Positions 48,059-59,154 are shown, counted from the stretch's first letter. The stretch is 64,000 nucleotides of DNA from Candidatus Caldarchaeum sp. (GCA_038831915.1 JAWBKB010000001.1:96001-160000), one strand, 5' to 3'. A program made the numbers and translations. Notes: generated by a model not told the origin, from the sequence alone.

Positions 48059-49684
48059 ATGCCGAAATACATCTTCGTAACCGGCGGCGTCGTCAGCAGC
48101 GTAGGGAAGGGAACTGTCGCCGCCGCAATCGGACGCATCCTCTCCGTCCGCGGGTTCAAAGTCGGTTTCGTCAAAATCGACCCATACGTGAACGTTGACG
48201 CGGGAACCCTGAACCCTTTTTCACACGGAGAAGTATACGTCACCGACGACGGCGGTGAAACAGACCTCGACCTAGGCTGGTATGAAAGATTTCTTGACAT
48301 AAAAACATCGAGGATGAACAACATAACCACTGGTCAGATTTACGCCGAAGTGATCGCGAGGGAAAGACGCGGTGACTATCTCGGGCAATGCGTCCAGATT
48401 GTTCCGCACGTTACGGATGAAATCAAAAGACGGATACGCCTTGCATCGAAGGATGTTGACGTTTTAGTCGTTGAAATAGGGGGGACCGTCGGGGACATAG
48501 AAGGCCAGCCCTTCCTCGAAGCAGTGCGGCAGATGCGGCTGGAAGAAGGAATTGAAAACACGTTATTCGCTCACGTGGCGTTGGTGCTGACCCTTAAAGC
48601 AACGGGAGAGTTTAAAACCAAGTCGCTTCAGCACAGCATCAATGCGTTAAGAGGTCTCGGCATACAGCCGGACATAATAGTGGCGCGAAGCGACCAACCC
48701 ATCGACGCCGAAGCACGCCGGAAAATCGCGTTATTCGGCACGATCACCGATAAAGCCGTTTTCTGTTCATACGACGTTGATTATGTCTACAAAGTTCCTG
48801 TCATTCTTGAGGAACAGGGTATGGGAGATTTTATCGTGTCGAGGCTTGGTCTTCCGGCTAATAGGCCTGATTGGAGTGAATGGAACAACGTGGTTGAAAT
48901 GTATGAAAAGGCCCGCTTCCCTGTAAGAATAGCTGTATGCGGCAAATACACGAAGCTAGCTGACTCCTACGTTAGTGTAAAAGAGGCGCTGCAGCACGCT
49001 GGGGTTCGTCTCGGTTCTCAAGTCGAAATAGAATGGATTAACACTGAAGATTTTGAGCAAAACGTGAGAACCGTGGAAGAGTTAAGAAAATTCGACGGCA
49101 TTCTAGTTCCCGGAGGCTTTGGAAAGAGAGGAACAGAGGGAATGATTAAATGTATTCAGTTCGCCCGTGAAAACGACATACCTTTCCTCGGTATCTGTTT
49201 CGGTCTTCAGCTTTCGGTTGTTGAGTTCGCGCGGAATGTCTGCGGTTTGGCCAACGCAAATTCCACCGAGTTAAACCCGTCGACTCCCCATCCCGTTATC
49301 GACCTCATGCCTGAACAGAGACGCGTGAAAGAACTTGGAGGAACAATGAGGCTTGGGCTTCAGCCGGTGAAAATATTAGAAAATACTATGGCCTATCGTC
49401 TCTATGGGACGACGGAGATCAGCCAGCGGCATAGACACCGGTATGAAGTTAACAGCCAGTATTGGGAAACGCTGCAACTACATGGGCTTGTGTTTTCAGG
49501 GTTTTCACCTGATGGGGAGAGGGTCGAAATAATTGAACTTCCGCTGAACCGTTTCTTTTTCGCGACGCAGTTTCATCCTGAATATCTTTCGAGGCCCAAC
49601 AGGCCTGAGCCAGCTTACCTGGGCTTTGTGCAAGCAGCATTGGAAAGAGCCAAAACGATTCACCCCGCTCAAGCACTGGCCTGA
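48059..49684 (+). CDS. pyrG: CTP synthase
   Basis: TGGVVSSVGKG, HGEVYVT.DG.ETDLDLG, GICFG, RHRHRYE, QFHPE. Confidence 0.97.
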   Translation: MPKYIFVTGGVVSSVGKGTVAAAIGRILSVRGFKVGFVKIDPYVNVDAGTLNPFSHGEVYVTDDGGETDLDLGWYERFLDIKTSRMNNITTGQIYAEVIARERRGDYLGQCVQIVPHVTDEIKRRIRLASKDVDVLVVEIGGTVGDIEGQPFLEAVRQMRLEEGIENTLFAHVALVLTLKATGEFKTKSLQHSINALRGLGIQPDIIVARSDQPIDAEARRKIALFGTITDKAVFCSYDVDYVYKVPVILEEQGMGDFIVSRLGLPANRPDWSEWNNVVEMYEKARFPVRIAVCGKYTKLADSYVSVKEALQHAGVRLGSQVEIEWINTEDFEQNVRTVEELRKFDGILVPGGFGKRGTEGMIKCIQFARENDIPFLGICFGLQLSVVEFARNVCGLANANSTELNPSTPHPVIDLMPEQRRVKELGGTMRLGLQPVKILENTMAYRLYGTTEISQRHRHRYEVNSQYWETLQLHGLVFSGFSPDGERVEIIELPLNRFFFATQFHPEYLSRPNRPEPAYLGFVQAALERAKTIHPAQALA

Positions 49685-50943
49685 ATTCTTTTTGAAAGCT
49701 GGAGCCTCATAGTCAACAACCTTTCTCCTCTAAACAACGCGGAAGCCAGAAACAGCAACACCGCCATGAAGGCGGCGATGGCTAAGACATGTAGTAGGTA
49801 GTTGAGGTATTGTGCGGTGTAAAGTGCTTGCAAGGCGAGCATCATGTGGGTGAATGGGTTGAAGAGGAGAGCGGTTGAAAGCCATAGAGGAAGCGATGAA
49901 TAGTCTGTGAACATGAATATCACGACTGTCGGTAGGATGAGAGGCATTTGGATGAGTCCAGCGAGTTGGACGCCTCCGCGTACATCACCTGCCATCACGC
50001 CGGCGAAAATTCCCAACCCGAGCGTCACCAGCAAAACCACGAACAACAAGACGGCGAGCAAAAGCAGAGAAAATGGTGAAAGCTGAAGGGATGACCCAGC
50101 TGGAAGAATAGGTGATTGTGGAAGGCTCGATAAATAAAACGTTAGTCCAAAAATCATAGAGGCTGTTCCCATCAACGCAATCATCGTCGAGCCGAAAAGC
50201 TTTGCAGCCAAGATGGAGGAGCGGCTTACCGGCATGGTGAGAAGCATTTCAAGGGTTTTCGCCTCTTTTTCAAGCCCGATGCTGGTGGCGGCGACCGTTC
50301 CCGAAGTCGCTACGACGATGAGCAAAACAAGCGGAACAAAAAATCCCGTCGCGAAAAAGCTTTGGAAAAGTGCTGCGACGTCTTCTGTCGAAAGCAGTTG
50401 GTCTCGATACAGTATTCCGCCCGTGAATGTGACTGGGTTTTTGTAGAACGTTAGCTTAACCCGCCTTTCAGCCGCGAGCGTTTCGCCGATTAATGAACCG
50501 GCCGCGAAGACCCTACCAGTTATCTCTGAAATTCTGTCAAATACATTAATCGTCAGCGAGCTCAAATAAACATACATTTGTGCGGAACCTGGTTTTCCGT
50601 CAGACAGACTCTGTGTGAAGCCTTTTTCGAGAATGATGGCGACTTCTCCCCCCGTGCTTCTCATAAACTCACGTATGTCATCTACCTGTTCACGGATAAC
50701 ACGTGGAGTGAACCCAGATTTTTCCAAGGCTTGAACAAATAATTGTGCATACTTTCCTCCATCGTTGTCAACGACTACGAGCTGAATTTCCGAAACTTCT
50801 CTGCCAGCTGATTGGAATGAAAGCGAAATCGTCGCTCCGAGCAGAGGAAACAGGATTAAAGGCATCAGAACAACTCCTACGAGGATGGTTTTCTCGCTGA
50901 GGAGTTCTTTCAACTCTTTTCTGATTAGGAGAAGTGTTTTCAT
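49669..50943 (-). CDS. ABC-2 type exporter permease (NatB-like)
   Basis: KELKE, EKE.KTLEMLLT.PVSR..I..AK; 6 TMs with a large loop. Confidence 0.88.
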   Translation of the reverse strand: MKTLLLIRKELKELLSEKTILVGVVLMPLILFPLLGATISLSFQSAGREVSEIQLVVVDNDGGKYAQLFVQALEKSGFTPRVIREQVDDIREFMRSTGGEVAIILEKGFTQSLSDGKPGSAQMYVYLSSLTINVFDRISEITGRVFAAGSLIGETLAAERRVKLTFYKNPVTFTGGILYRDQLLSTEDVAALFQSFFATGFFVPLVLLIVVATSGTVAATSIGLEKEAKTLEMLLTMPVSRSSILAAKLFGSTMIALMGTASMIFGLTFYLSSLPQSPILPAGSSLQLSPFSLLLLAVLLFVVLLVTLGLGIFAGVMAGDVRGGVQLAGLIQMPLILPTVVIFMFTDYSSLPLWLSTALLFNPFTHMMLALQALYTAQYLNYLLHVLAIAAFMAVLLFLASALFRGERLLTMRLQLSKRIQASA

Positions 50944-51656
50944 CGGGTCGACACCACTTTTTTGACGAAGAGTTCTTCGAGGTTTTCCACCATGTATTGC
51001 TGAAGCAACTGGCTAGGCTTTCCCTGCTCCACGATTCGGCCTTTGTCAATCAGAGCGATTTCGTCGCAAAGATATTCCACTTCAAGCATGTTATGGCTTG
51101 AGACGAGGAACGTTGTTCCCTTAGCTGCAAATTCTTTGATTATTTTCCTTACATAGACCGAATGTTCGACGTCGAGTCCGGCGGTGGGTTCGTCGAGAAC
51201 CGCGAGCGGTGGATTAACCATGAGACATGACGCCAAAAGAATTCTTCTCCTCATTCCCTTACTATATTCTCCCATCTTTCTTTTGACAGAATCCTCGAGT
51301 CCGGAAATCTCAACTCCCTTCCTAACTGCTTCTTCGCCGACGCCGTGGAGACGCGCAACCATTCGCAGAAATTCAAGCCCGGTCAGATGTCTGTAAACTC
51401 CACCCTCTTCCGGCAGGTAGGAGATCATTTTTCGCACTTCACCGGGCTGCTTTACAACATCCTTACCGAAAACATGGACCTTTCCCCTGCTCGGTCGCAA
51501 CAAAGTCGCGACTATTCTGAAAAAAGTTGTCTTACCAGCGCCGTTTGCACCAATCAGACCAGACACTCCGCCCTCCTCAACGACCAAATCTAAATTCTGA
51601 AGAGCAGGTTTGTCGCCGAAATAACGCCAGACATCCGACGCCTCTACGGGGTTCAT
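50940..51656 (-). CDS. ABC exporter ATP-binding protein
   Basis: GANGAGKTT, YSKGM, LDEPT.GLD, SSH. Confidence 0.93.
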   Translation of the reverse strand: MNPVEASDVWRYFGDKPALQNLDLVVEEGGVSGLIGANGAGKTTFFRIVATLLRPSRGKVHVFGKDVVKQPGEVRKMISYLPEEGGVYRHLTGLEFLRMVARLHGVGEEAVRKGVEISGLEDSVKRKMGEYSKGMRRRILLASCLMVNPPLAVLDEPTAGLDVEHSVYVRKIIKEFAAKGTTFLVSSHNMLEVEYLCDEIALIDKGRIVEQGKPSQLLQQYMVENLEELFVKKVVSTR

Positions 51657-51717
51657 CGTCGCAATTGATTGTTGGCGGCATTTATTAGGTGTTCAAACTA
51701 CAGGTATTGGTCTTGAG

Positions 51718-52563
51718 ATGTCTGAGCTGACGGCCACGATGTACGGGCTTGCGTCCGCAGTGACTTGGGGTGCGGGAGATTTCTACGGCGGCTTCGCGTC
51801 GAGGAAAGCCGACGTGCTCCGGGTTGTTATTTTGTCACAGACCATAGGGCTTGCGTTGATGTTCGTCGCAGCGGTCATAGTAAACGAGCCGCTAATATCA
51901 TTGACTGATTTGTTCTGGTCTATGGCGGCTGGTGCGTCGAGCGGTTGGGGGCTTATCCTCTACTACGCGGCTTTGGCGAGGGGAAGCATGACCGCTGTAG
52001 CACCGATAACAGGAGTGTTAGCTGCCGTTGTTCCTGCAGTGACAGGTGCATTTATCGAAGGGCCCCCATCCCTTTTCCAAGCAATCGGATTTGTCTTTGC
52101 CTTCGTTAGCATTGGACTCGTGACGGGCCTCGAACCACGGAAACTTAGGGCTGATACACAGCTGCTATTCGCGATTCTCGGCGGAACCAGCTTTGGAATG
52201 TTTCTCGTACTGATTGGACAAGTGTCTGAAGGCTCATCACTTTATCCTCTCGCTTTTTCCAGAATAACCACGATAGCTCTTGCGTTCACAATAGCAACCG
52301 CGACAAAGCCATTGAAACCGCTTAGAAAAGGCTTGGGCTTCGCAACTGCCGCCGGTGTGTTCGACGCCCTCGGAAGCCTCTTCTACCTGCTGGCCCGCCA
52401 CGAAGGAAGGCTCGACGTCGCCGCAGTCCTTTCATCACTCTACCCAATATCAACCGTCGTCATTGCAAAGCTCTTGCTCAAAGAAACGCTCGGCCGAAAA
52501 AGAACAACCGGAATACTGTTCGCAGCGATTGCAACTGTGCTGATCAACACGTCAACTATATAA
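51718..52563 (+). CDS. DMT/EamA family transporter
   Basis: WG.GDF.GG.ASR, SSLYP, LKE; about 10 TMs. Confidence 0.88.
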   Translation: MSELTATMYGLASAVTWGAGDFYGGFASRKADVLRVVILSQTIGLALMFVAAVIVNEPLISLTDLFWSMAAGASSGWGLILYYAALARGSMTAVAPITGVLAAVVPAVTGAFIEGPPSLFQAIGFVFAFVSIGLVTGLEPRKLRADTQLLFAILGGTSFGMFLVLIGQVSEGSSLYPLAFSRITTIALAFTIATATKPLKPLRKGLGFATAAGVFDALGSLFYLLARHEGRLDVAAVLSSLYPISTVVIAKLLLKETLGRKRTTGILFAAIATVLINTSTI

Positions 52564-52587
52564 AAAGCAGCGATCACAAAACTTTTG

Positions 52588-52661
52588 GCCGGGGTAGCTC
52601 AGCCTGGTAGAGCGGCGGGCTGTTAACCCGTCGGTCAGCGGTTCAAATCCGCTCCCCGGCG
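52588..52661 (+). tRNA. tRNA-Asn(GTT)
   Basis: GCCGGGG-TAGCTCAGCCTGGTAGAGC-GGCGGG-CT-GTT-AA-CCCGT...GGTTCAAATCC...CCCCGGCG. Confidence 0.96.
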
Positions 52662-52790
52662 CGGCAAGTAACAACTAAAACTGTCATTAGAGCTGCAAGA
52701 ACGCGGATATTTGAACCGACGAACTAGCCCGTGAATGGAGCAATCGTGGATGTTGTACAAACATTAAATTTGGGTGTTGGGTGATTTGGG

Positions 52791-53204
52791 TTGAACAGTT
52801 TGAGCGAGGCTCAGTTCGACGTCATTCTTGACCATTACCGCAATCCTCGCAACTACGGAGAGCTAAAAGAATATTCGGTTAGGGTTAAGGATTCGAACCC
52901 TTTGTGCGGCGACGTGATAGAAGTATTTCTCAAAATCAACAGTGACGGTGTGATTGAGAAAGCGAGTTTCCGCGGCCACGGCTGCGCGATAAGCCAGGCA
53001 TCTGCTTCGATGCTTATTGAATCTATTCACGGAAAGAAGCTTGACGATGTCAAAGCTTTGGATAAGCAGAATATTTTCGACATGTTGGGAATCGACGTCG
53101 GGCCTGTCAGGGTCAAATGTGCTCTTCTTTCTTTGAAAGCTGTGAAGGCCGCGGTCTACACTTTCCTTGGAAAAGAAATGGACAGCAAAGAATTCGAGGA
53201 GTGA
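52791..53204 (+). CDS. Fe-S cluster scaffold, SufU/IscU (NifU N-terminal) family
   Basis: DHYRNPRN.G, NPLCGD, GCAISQASAS, RVKCA. Confidence 0.9.
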   Translation: MNSLSEAQFDVILDHYRNPRNYGELKEYSVRVKDSNPLCGDVIEVFLKINSDGVIEKASFRGHGCAISQASASMLIESIHGKKLDDVKALDKQNIFDMLGIDVGPVRVKCALLSLKAVKAAVYTFLGKEMDSKEFEE

Positions 53205-53205
53205 A

Positions 53206-53544
53206 TTGGACGGGCTAATCGTAAAACAGCCCTACGCGAACCATATAATCAACAGGCTGAAGAAATGGGAAATGTGGACAAAACCACCGCCCAAGGGGAA
53301 AATCGGCTGATGTATCTACCTGCTTTCAGCTGGCTATGTTCTGGGCATCATCATGATAACCGGTGTGAAAGGGCCTTTCAATCAGAGAGAGCTGAAGCAA
53401 TATCAGCGTTTTCACCTCGGAGCCAGCCCAAGATACAAGTATGCATGGGTCGTGAAAGTGGTGAAGAAGTTTCGAAGACCTCGCAAATATGTTCATCCAT
53501 GGGGTGCGCAAGTGTGGGTTATAGACGTGAAATATGCGCGGTAA
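53206..53544 (+). pseudogene. ASCH-domain gene with in-frame TGA
   Basis: MDGLIVKQPYA..I....K.WE...*...GPF..EL...H...YAW...P..Y.H..GAQVWV; TGA at 53308-53310. Confidence 0.75.
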
Positions 53545-53578
53545 GCTTATTGACAGGACCTTGTCTTTGTATGTCGGC

Positions 53579-54742
53579 GTGAAGCTCATCAAAGACCCGG
53601 TGCATGGCTACATCACTTTCACAGACGAGGAAATCAGGCTCGTGGACTCGAGACCCGTGCAGAGACTACGACGCATCAACCAGCTCCCGCTCGTTTACTT
53701 GGTTTACCCTGGTGCGCGTCACAGCAGGTTCGACCATTCGATTGGATGCATACATTTAGCCGGCGAATTCGCAGAACATCTAAACCTAAGCCCACATGAA
53801 AAAACACTGCTTAAAACCGCGGCCCTACTACATGACGTAGGACACACTCCATTTTCCCATCTTTTCGAAGAGCTACTGCTAAGCGAAGGCCTCAGTCATG
53901 AAGACATGAGCATCCGCGTCATCGAAAATGACGACGAAATATCGAATGGTTTGAACGGTTTAGGCGTCGAAGCCAACGAAGTCGTGTCTGTGTTGAAGGG
54001 TGAAACCAGGTTGAGCGGCTTGGTTTCGGGCCCGCTTGACGTCGACCGGCTTGATTTCCTCGTCAGAGACGCTTATTTCTCTGGCGCGACTTATGGAATA
54101 ATCGATGTTCATAGGATTGTGAGGTTGACGAAGCTTTTAGACGATGGGCCTGCGGTTGACAGCCGTGGCATAGGGGCGGTCGAAGAGCTTGCGCTCGCCC
54201 GCTATCATTCTTTCATCAACATCTATTTTCACCACGCGGTCAGGGCGGCGCAAATCATGCTTTTAAGAGCTGCACAGCTTGTCAGAAACAAGCTGGATTT
54301 TGCGAGAATGTCGCTTGAAGAATATCTTGACCATGACGATTTCACTGTTTGGTGTTTGCTTAGGGGAGACGAGAGAGCTCGCAAGCTTGTCGAAAGACTG
54401 GAAAGACGAATATTGCCGAAACGTATTTATGAGAAGCAGGTTTTAGGCGGCACCGGTCAATTTTTCAACCTTGAAACACGAGTTTCTGTGGAACGAAAAA
54501 TTGCTGAGGAGGCTGGTGTCGACAGCTCAAAAGTTTACCTCGACTTTTCTTATGGTCCGCCGCTGACAAAGTACGGGCCTCAGCAGATAAGGCTTGACCC
54601 GCAGCCGTCATCACAGTCATGGATAATCGACCAATTAACTAAACCTCTCAACATAGTCAGAGTTTACGTGGACCGCGATGTCAAGGAAGCTGACCGCGTC
54701 AAGCAGGTCGCCGGAGACGTTATTTCTTCAACTCTGGAATAA
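53579..54742 (+). CDS. HD-domain phosphohydrolase (dNTPase/SAMHD1-like)
   Basis: DPVHG, QRLRRI.QL, HSRF.HS.G, LLHDVGH.PFSH, DVDRLD...RD. Confidence 0.9.
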   Translation: MKLIKDPVHGYITFTDEEIRLVDSRPVQRLRRINQLPLVYLVYPGARHSRFDHSIGCIHLAGEFAEHLNLSPHEKTLLKTAALLHDVGHTPFSHLFEELLLSEGLSHEDMSIRVIENDDEISNGLNGLGVEANEVVSVLKGETRLSGLVSGPLDVDRLDFLVRDAYFSGATYGIIDVHRIVRLTKLLDDGPAVDSRGIGAVEELALARYHSFINIYFHHAVRAAQIMLLRAAQLVRNKLDFARMSLEEYLDHDDFTVWCLLRGDERARKLVERLERRILPKRIYEKQVLGGTGQFFNLETRVSVERKIAEEAGVDSSKVYLDFSYGPPLTKYGPQQIRLDPQPSSQSWIIDQLTKPLNIVRVYVDRDVKEADRVKQVAGDVISSTLE

Positions 54743-55322
54743 ACCGTTTCAGTTTCTCGACGATTTCCGCTTGAACTTGTTGAACAGGTTTGCTGCCGTC
54801 GACTTTCACAACTTTGGGATGACGTTTCAAGATGCGCAGATATTCTTTGCGAACCTTTTTAAGAAATTCAAGTTTTTCATATCTCTGCTTTAAATGTTTA
54901 AGTCGTTTCACGGCTTCCTCGGAAGAAATATCGATGAAAACAACTACGTCTGGCTCTGCGGCGAATTTGTTGATTTCTTCAACCCATTTTCTACGCTTTG
55001 TGCTCGCTGACTGGTATGCGAGTGACGAATAGACAGTCCGGTCTGAAATTAAGGAAATATTTCTCTTTAGGCTTGGTTCGATGATTTCACGGCGGAGAAC
55101 AAGTCTGTCTGCAGCGAAGAGCAAAGCCATCGCCTCCTCCGAGAAATCTACTTTCTTTTTCAACGCGTTTCTGATGATCTTGCCCACTTCGTTTTTTGAT
55201 GGCTCGTGAATCAAAACGGCCTGAATTCTCTTTTTCAGGAACATTTTGTGGAGAAGCTTGGCCTGTGTTGTTTTTCCGGCGCCGTCTATTCCTTCGATGC
55301 CGATGTAAACTGGCTTCTTCAA
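54720..55322 (-). CDS. tmk: Thymidylate kinase
   Basis: EGIDGAGKTT, EP, LF.ADR, DR...SSLAYQ; start refined to TTG at 55322. Confidence 0.93.
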   Translation of the reverse strand: MKKPVYIGIEGIDGAGKTTQAKLLHKMFLKKRIQAVLIHEPSKNEVGKIIRNALKKKVDFSEEAMALLFAADRLVLRREIIEPSLKRNISLISDRTVYSSLAYQSASTKRRKWVEEINKFAAEPDVVVFIDISSEEAVKRLKHLKQRYEKLEFLKKVRKEYLRILKRHPKVVKVDGSKPVQQVQAEIVEKLKRFIPELKK

Positions 55323-55376
55323 CCTGGATGATGTTGTTTTCGCAAGATTTATATGCGGACATGGGCATGCGGAGCC

Positions 55377-57044
55377 GTGATTCGGAAGATTTACAGCCGG
55401 GACGTTACTGAAGGCCCGGAAAGGGCTCCTCACCGCGCCATGCTACGAGCCGTGGGACTTAAGGACGCTGATTTTAGCAAACCTTTCATCGGTGTAGCCA
55501 GCACGGGAAACGAAGTAACTCCCTGCAACCTTCACCTCAACGCGCTCGCAGAGGAAGCGAAACGAGGTGTTTGGGAAAGTGAAGGAGTCGGAATCAAGTT
55601 CACAACTATCGCGGTCAGCGACGGCATCTCGATGAACACGGAAGGAATGAAAGGGTCTTTGGTCAGCCGCGAAGTTATAGCCGACTCGATAGAATTGATG
55701 TGTTTTGCGCAAAGGTTTGACGGGTTGGTCGGCATCGCTGGATGCGACAAAAGCCTGCCGGGCACTGTTATGGCGATGGCTCGGCTTAACATTCCGTCGG
55801 TTTTCCTGTACGGCGGAACGATTTTGCCAGGTAAATACATGGGACGCGACGTAACCATTCAAGACGTTTACGAAGCCGTCGGAGCATACAGCACGGGCCA
55901 AATCACTTTACAGCAGCTCATCGAGCTGGAAAAAGTCGCATGTCCCACGGAAGGTTCGTGCGCGGGTCTTTACACAGCGAATACCATGGCCACGGCCATC
56001 GAAACCCTCGGCATGTCTCTGCCCGGCACAGCATCAATACCTGCCGTCGACCAGCGAATCTACGACGCCGCATACAGGTCCGGCGCACAGGTAATGATGC
56101 TACTTGAAAATGGCATCAAGCCACGCGACATCATGACCTACGAAGCTTTTGAAAACGCGGTAACAGTGGTGTGCGCTATGGGTGGCTCGACTAACGCTGT
56201 TCTGCATCTTCCCGCTATAGCGCATGAGGCAGGCGTTAAGTTGGACATCGAAACATTTGACCGCATAAGCAGGAGGACTCCTCACATAGCTGACATGAGG
56301 CCAGGTGGACGGTTTGTGATGGTTGACCTTGATAGAGTTGGCGGCGTGCCGGTAGTTTTAAAGAAACTGCTGGACGCGGGCCTGTTGCACGGGGATTGTT
56401 TGACCGTTACTGGCAAGACCTTGGCTGAAAACATCCGCGAGCTAAAACCCGGCGACGGCGGCGAAGTTGTCCGTCCTCTATCAAACCCCATCCATCCAAC
56501 GGGAGGCATCGCCATATTGAAAGGCAATCTCGCGCCCGAAGGCGCCGTCGTAAAGTCGACTGCATCGGTTGTACAGCACTTCAAAGGCCCTGCACGAGTG
56601 TTCAACTCGGAAGAAGAGGCATACAGAGCCGCGTTGAAAAGAGAAATCCATCTCGGCGACGTCATCGTGATCAGATACGAAGGCCCACGGGGAGGGCCTG
56701 GTATGAGGGAAATGCTTGCGGTCACGGCGATTGTCGTTGGTCAAGGTTTGAAAGAAAAAGTGGCCTTAGTGACTGATGGGCGGTTTTCGGGAGCTACCCA
56801 CGGCCTCATGGTTGGGCATGTCTCTCCCGAAGCATATGTGGGTGGCCCGTTAGCAGCGCTACGCGACGGAGACCTCATCGAAATCGACGTCCCAAACCGC
56901 CGTCTTTCAGTAGAACTCAGCGATGAAGAAATTAGGAAACGACTTGAATCATGGACTCCTCCCAAGCCGAAATATACCTCGGGTGTTTTGGCCAAATACG
57001 CGAAGCTTGTGGGGTCAGCTAGCAAAGGAGCGGTCTGCGGATAA
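55377..57044 (+). CDS. ilvD: Dihydroxy-acid dehydratase
   Basis: PCN.HL, SDGISM, GCDKS.PG, GSCAG.YTANTM, GGSTN, TDGRFSG. Confidence 0.96.
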   Translation: MIRKIYSRDVTEGPERAPHRAMLRAVGLKDADFSKPFIGVASTGNEVTPCNLHLNALAEEAKRGVWESEGVGIKFTTIAVSDGISMNTEGMKGSLVSREVIADSIELMCFAQRFDGLVGIAGCDKSLPGTVMAMARLNIPSVFLYGGTILPGKYMGRDVTIQDVYEAVGAYSTGQITLQQLIELEKVACPTEGSCAGLYTANTMATAIETLGMSLPGTASIPAVDQRIYDAAYRSGAQVMMLLENGIKPRDIMTYEAFENAVTVVCAMGGSTNAVLHLPAIAHEAGVKLDIETFDRISRRTPHIADMRPGGRFVMVDLDRVGGVPVVLKKLLDAGLLHGDCLTVTGKTLAENIRELKPGDGGEVVRPLSNPIHPTGGIAILKGNLAPEGAVVKSTASVVQHFKGPARVFNSEEEAYRAALKREIHLGDVIVIRYEGPRGGPGMREMLAVTAIVVGQGLKEKVALVTDGRFSGATHGLMVGHVSPEAYVGGPLAALRDGDLIEIDVPNRRLSVELSDEEIRKRLESWTPPKPKYTSGVLAKYAKLVGSASKGAVCG

Positions 57045-57088
57045 AGAGTTTTAAGCACGTCTCAAAAAGGCAAAAACAGGTTGACGAG

Positions 57089-57382
57089 GTGGATGGCCTT
57101 TTGGCACAACCAAGCATGGATTGGGAAGCGAAGCGGCAACAAGTCGTCCAAATACTGGAAACCATAGTCAACGACACAGAAACTCCCCGCAATATTCGAC
57201 GAATCGCGAAACAGGCGTCCACAGAGCTTTTCAACGAAAAACTAAAACCAGCCGTAAGAGCGGCTAACTCAATCGAAATGATAGAAGAAATAATCAACGA
57301 CCCAAACATGCCTTCTTTCACGCGTACTCAGCTTTGGTTGGCCATAAGCATTCTCGAAACCATCCGCTCGTCCCAAACATAA
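57089..57382 (+). CDS. UPF0147 family protein
   Basis: D..TPRNIRR.A, DPNMP...RT..W..IS.LE. Confidence 0.9.
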   Translation: MDGLLAQPSMDWEAKRQQVVQILETIVNDTETPRNIRRIAKQASTELFNEKLKPAVRAANSIEMIEEIINDPNMPSFTRTQLWLAISILETIRSSQT

Positions 57383-57427
57383 ACCTGACAAACACTTTAT
57401 TTCCCAAAAACACTTTTAATAAAATGG

Positions 57428-58813
57428 TTGGTTAACCGAGTCGCGCAATACGGTCTGATCCTCGTCTTTGTGGCATTGCTAGCATATGTTATTGGTCTAG
57501 ACATTCGACAAAGTTTGTCCATCATAGTTCTCGGAGGCATGGTCGGTGCCACTTTGATGTTCTGGAAATTCAGGCTTGTCTTCGCGTTCTTCGCACTATC
57601 GCTTATGCTGGCGACAAACCTTATCGAACCAAGCCTGCTTATAGAATACGCCAACCTCGACACTATAATGTTTCTCGCAGCCATGATGGTTGTAGTTGGG
57701 TATCTCGAAGAAGCGAGATTTTTCGAAGTCTTGATCGACAAAGTAATCAAAGTGTTGGGGGGAAGGCCCGGTCTGTTGGTAATCTTCTTCGCGGCTTTTT
57801 CAGGGCTCTTAGCCGCGTTAGTCGACGAAGTCACTTCGATCCTCATCATGACCGCGATTTTACTCGACTACACGTCAAGATATAATCTCGACCCGAAAAA
57901 ATTCGTCATGATGTCGATATTTGCAACAAACATCGGAAGTGCGGCGACGGTTGTCGGAAACCCTGTAGGAGTTTTGATAGCTTTCGAAGCCAACCTCGGT
58001 TTCGCCGATTTTCTTCGATGGGCCACTCCAGTCGCGATTGTTGCGTTACTGATGTGTATTGCAATCACTTATTACTGGTTGCGTAACGAGATAACTCTTC
58101 TTAAACAACTCATGACAAAAGAAGCTCTGCTAGTAAAGGTTGGTGAAAGCGGTGACGAGAAAAAGAACATAGACATACGGGTTCCGTCGATAATTTTTCT
58201 CGCAACCATAACAGGACTCGTCTTGCACACATACATCGAGAATTTGCTGGGTTTGGAAAAGAACGTTATGTTGCTAGGTGTGCCCATCTTCTTCGCTGGT
58301 GTTGTTCTGTTGCTTGAAAGGGAAATGGCCCGCGAGTTGGTTGAAAGAAGAATTGACTGGTGGACTTTACTATTCTTCCTAATCTTCTTCGCCAGTGTTG
58401 GCACATTAGCTCATACGGGCGCGACTCAGGTTTTCGCGGAAGTAATTCTCGCGAACGCGGGTTCTTCACTAGAAAATTTGGTGGTGGTCGTGATGTTGGG
58501 CAGTGGTTTAATGTCTGCTTTCATTGACAACGTGTTGAGCGTTGCTTCATGGATTCCGATCATACACACTTTAGGCGCCTACGGAGTCAACGCGTTTCCG
58601 CTTTGGTGGAGCATGCTGTTCGCCGGAACATTTTGGGGTAACCTCACCGTTATAGGTAGCACAGCTAACATCGTCGCCGTTGGAATTCTTGAAAGACGCG
58701 AAAGAATTCACATCACTTTCCGCGAATGGATAAAAATCGGAGCCGCTGTCACGCTGCCGACCATGATGTTCGCCGCGTTGGCGATAATTCTTCAGATTCC
58801 TTTGATGACTTAG
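57428..58813 (+). CDS. ArsB/NhaD/SLC13 (IT superfamily) permease
   Basis: DEVTS, NIGS.AT.VGNP, DNV, GNLT.IGSTAN. Confidence 0.88.
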   Translation: MVNRVAQYGLILVFVALLAYVIGLDIRQSLSIIVLGGMVGATLMFWKFRLVFAFFALSLMLATNLIEPSLLIEYANLDTIMFLAAMMVVVGYLEEARFFEVLIDKVIKVLGGRPGLLVIFFAAFSGLLAALVDEVTSILIMTAILLDYTSRYNLDPKKFVMMSIFATNIGSAATVVGNPVGVLIAFEANLGFADFLRWATPVAIVALLMCIAITYYWLRNEITLLKQLMTKEALLVKVGESGDEKKNIDIRVPSIIFLATITGLVLHTYIENLLGLEKNVMLLGVPIFFAGVVLLLEREMARELVERRIDWWTLLFFLIFFASVGTLAHTGATQVFAEVILANAGSSLENLVVVVMLGSGLMSAFIDNVLSVASWIPIIHTLGAYGVNAFPLWWSMLFAGTFWGNLTVIGSTANIVAVGILERRERIHITFREWIKIGAAVTLPTMMFAALAIILQIPLMT

Positions 58814-59073
58814 TCACTGGCCGGCTTAGCCACGATAACCAAAGAATCTTTTTTCTTAGTCACCCAAACTTCATATCCATATTTCAGGAGAGTAGCGAGA
58901 CAGTCATACCATGGAAAAAACGCCGGCTCCAGAACTTTGATTTCGAAACCCCCGTATTCGGTGTTCACTTCGCCGGTTTTTCCCACTTGCAGTTCAAGAC
59001 ATTTCCGAAAATCCATCTCGTGTTTTGAAACTGTTTTCGCCGACCGCTCGGTGGTGTTTGGCGAATTACTCAA
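58810..59073 (-). CDS. Small hypothetical protein
   Basis: Clean 87-aa ORF with TTTAAA box upstream. Confidence 0.55.
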   Translation of the reverse strand: MSNSPNTTERSAKTVSKHEMDFRKCLELQVGKTGEVNTEYGGFEIKVLEPAFFPWYDCLATLLKYGYEVWVTKKKDSLVIVAKPASD

Positions 59074-59154
59074 CCTGTTGAGGGGTGTTGGTAGAACCTA
59101 TTTAAACATGGCGAAAACCCCTTTAAATTACGAGCGGCAGAATGCGGATAGGAA

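Noticed and set aside
52588-53544. Integrated element at tRNA-Asn (or tRNA-Leu)
   Set aside because: No integrase and no duplicated tRNA 3' end seen; flanking genes are housekeeping
55323-55433. Apparent head-to-head overlap of tmk and ilvD
   Set aside because: Artefact of longest-ORF calling; refined starts (55322 and 55377) leave a normal divergent promoter
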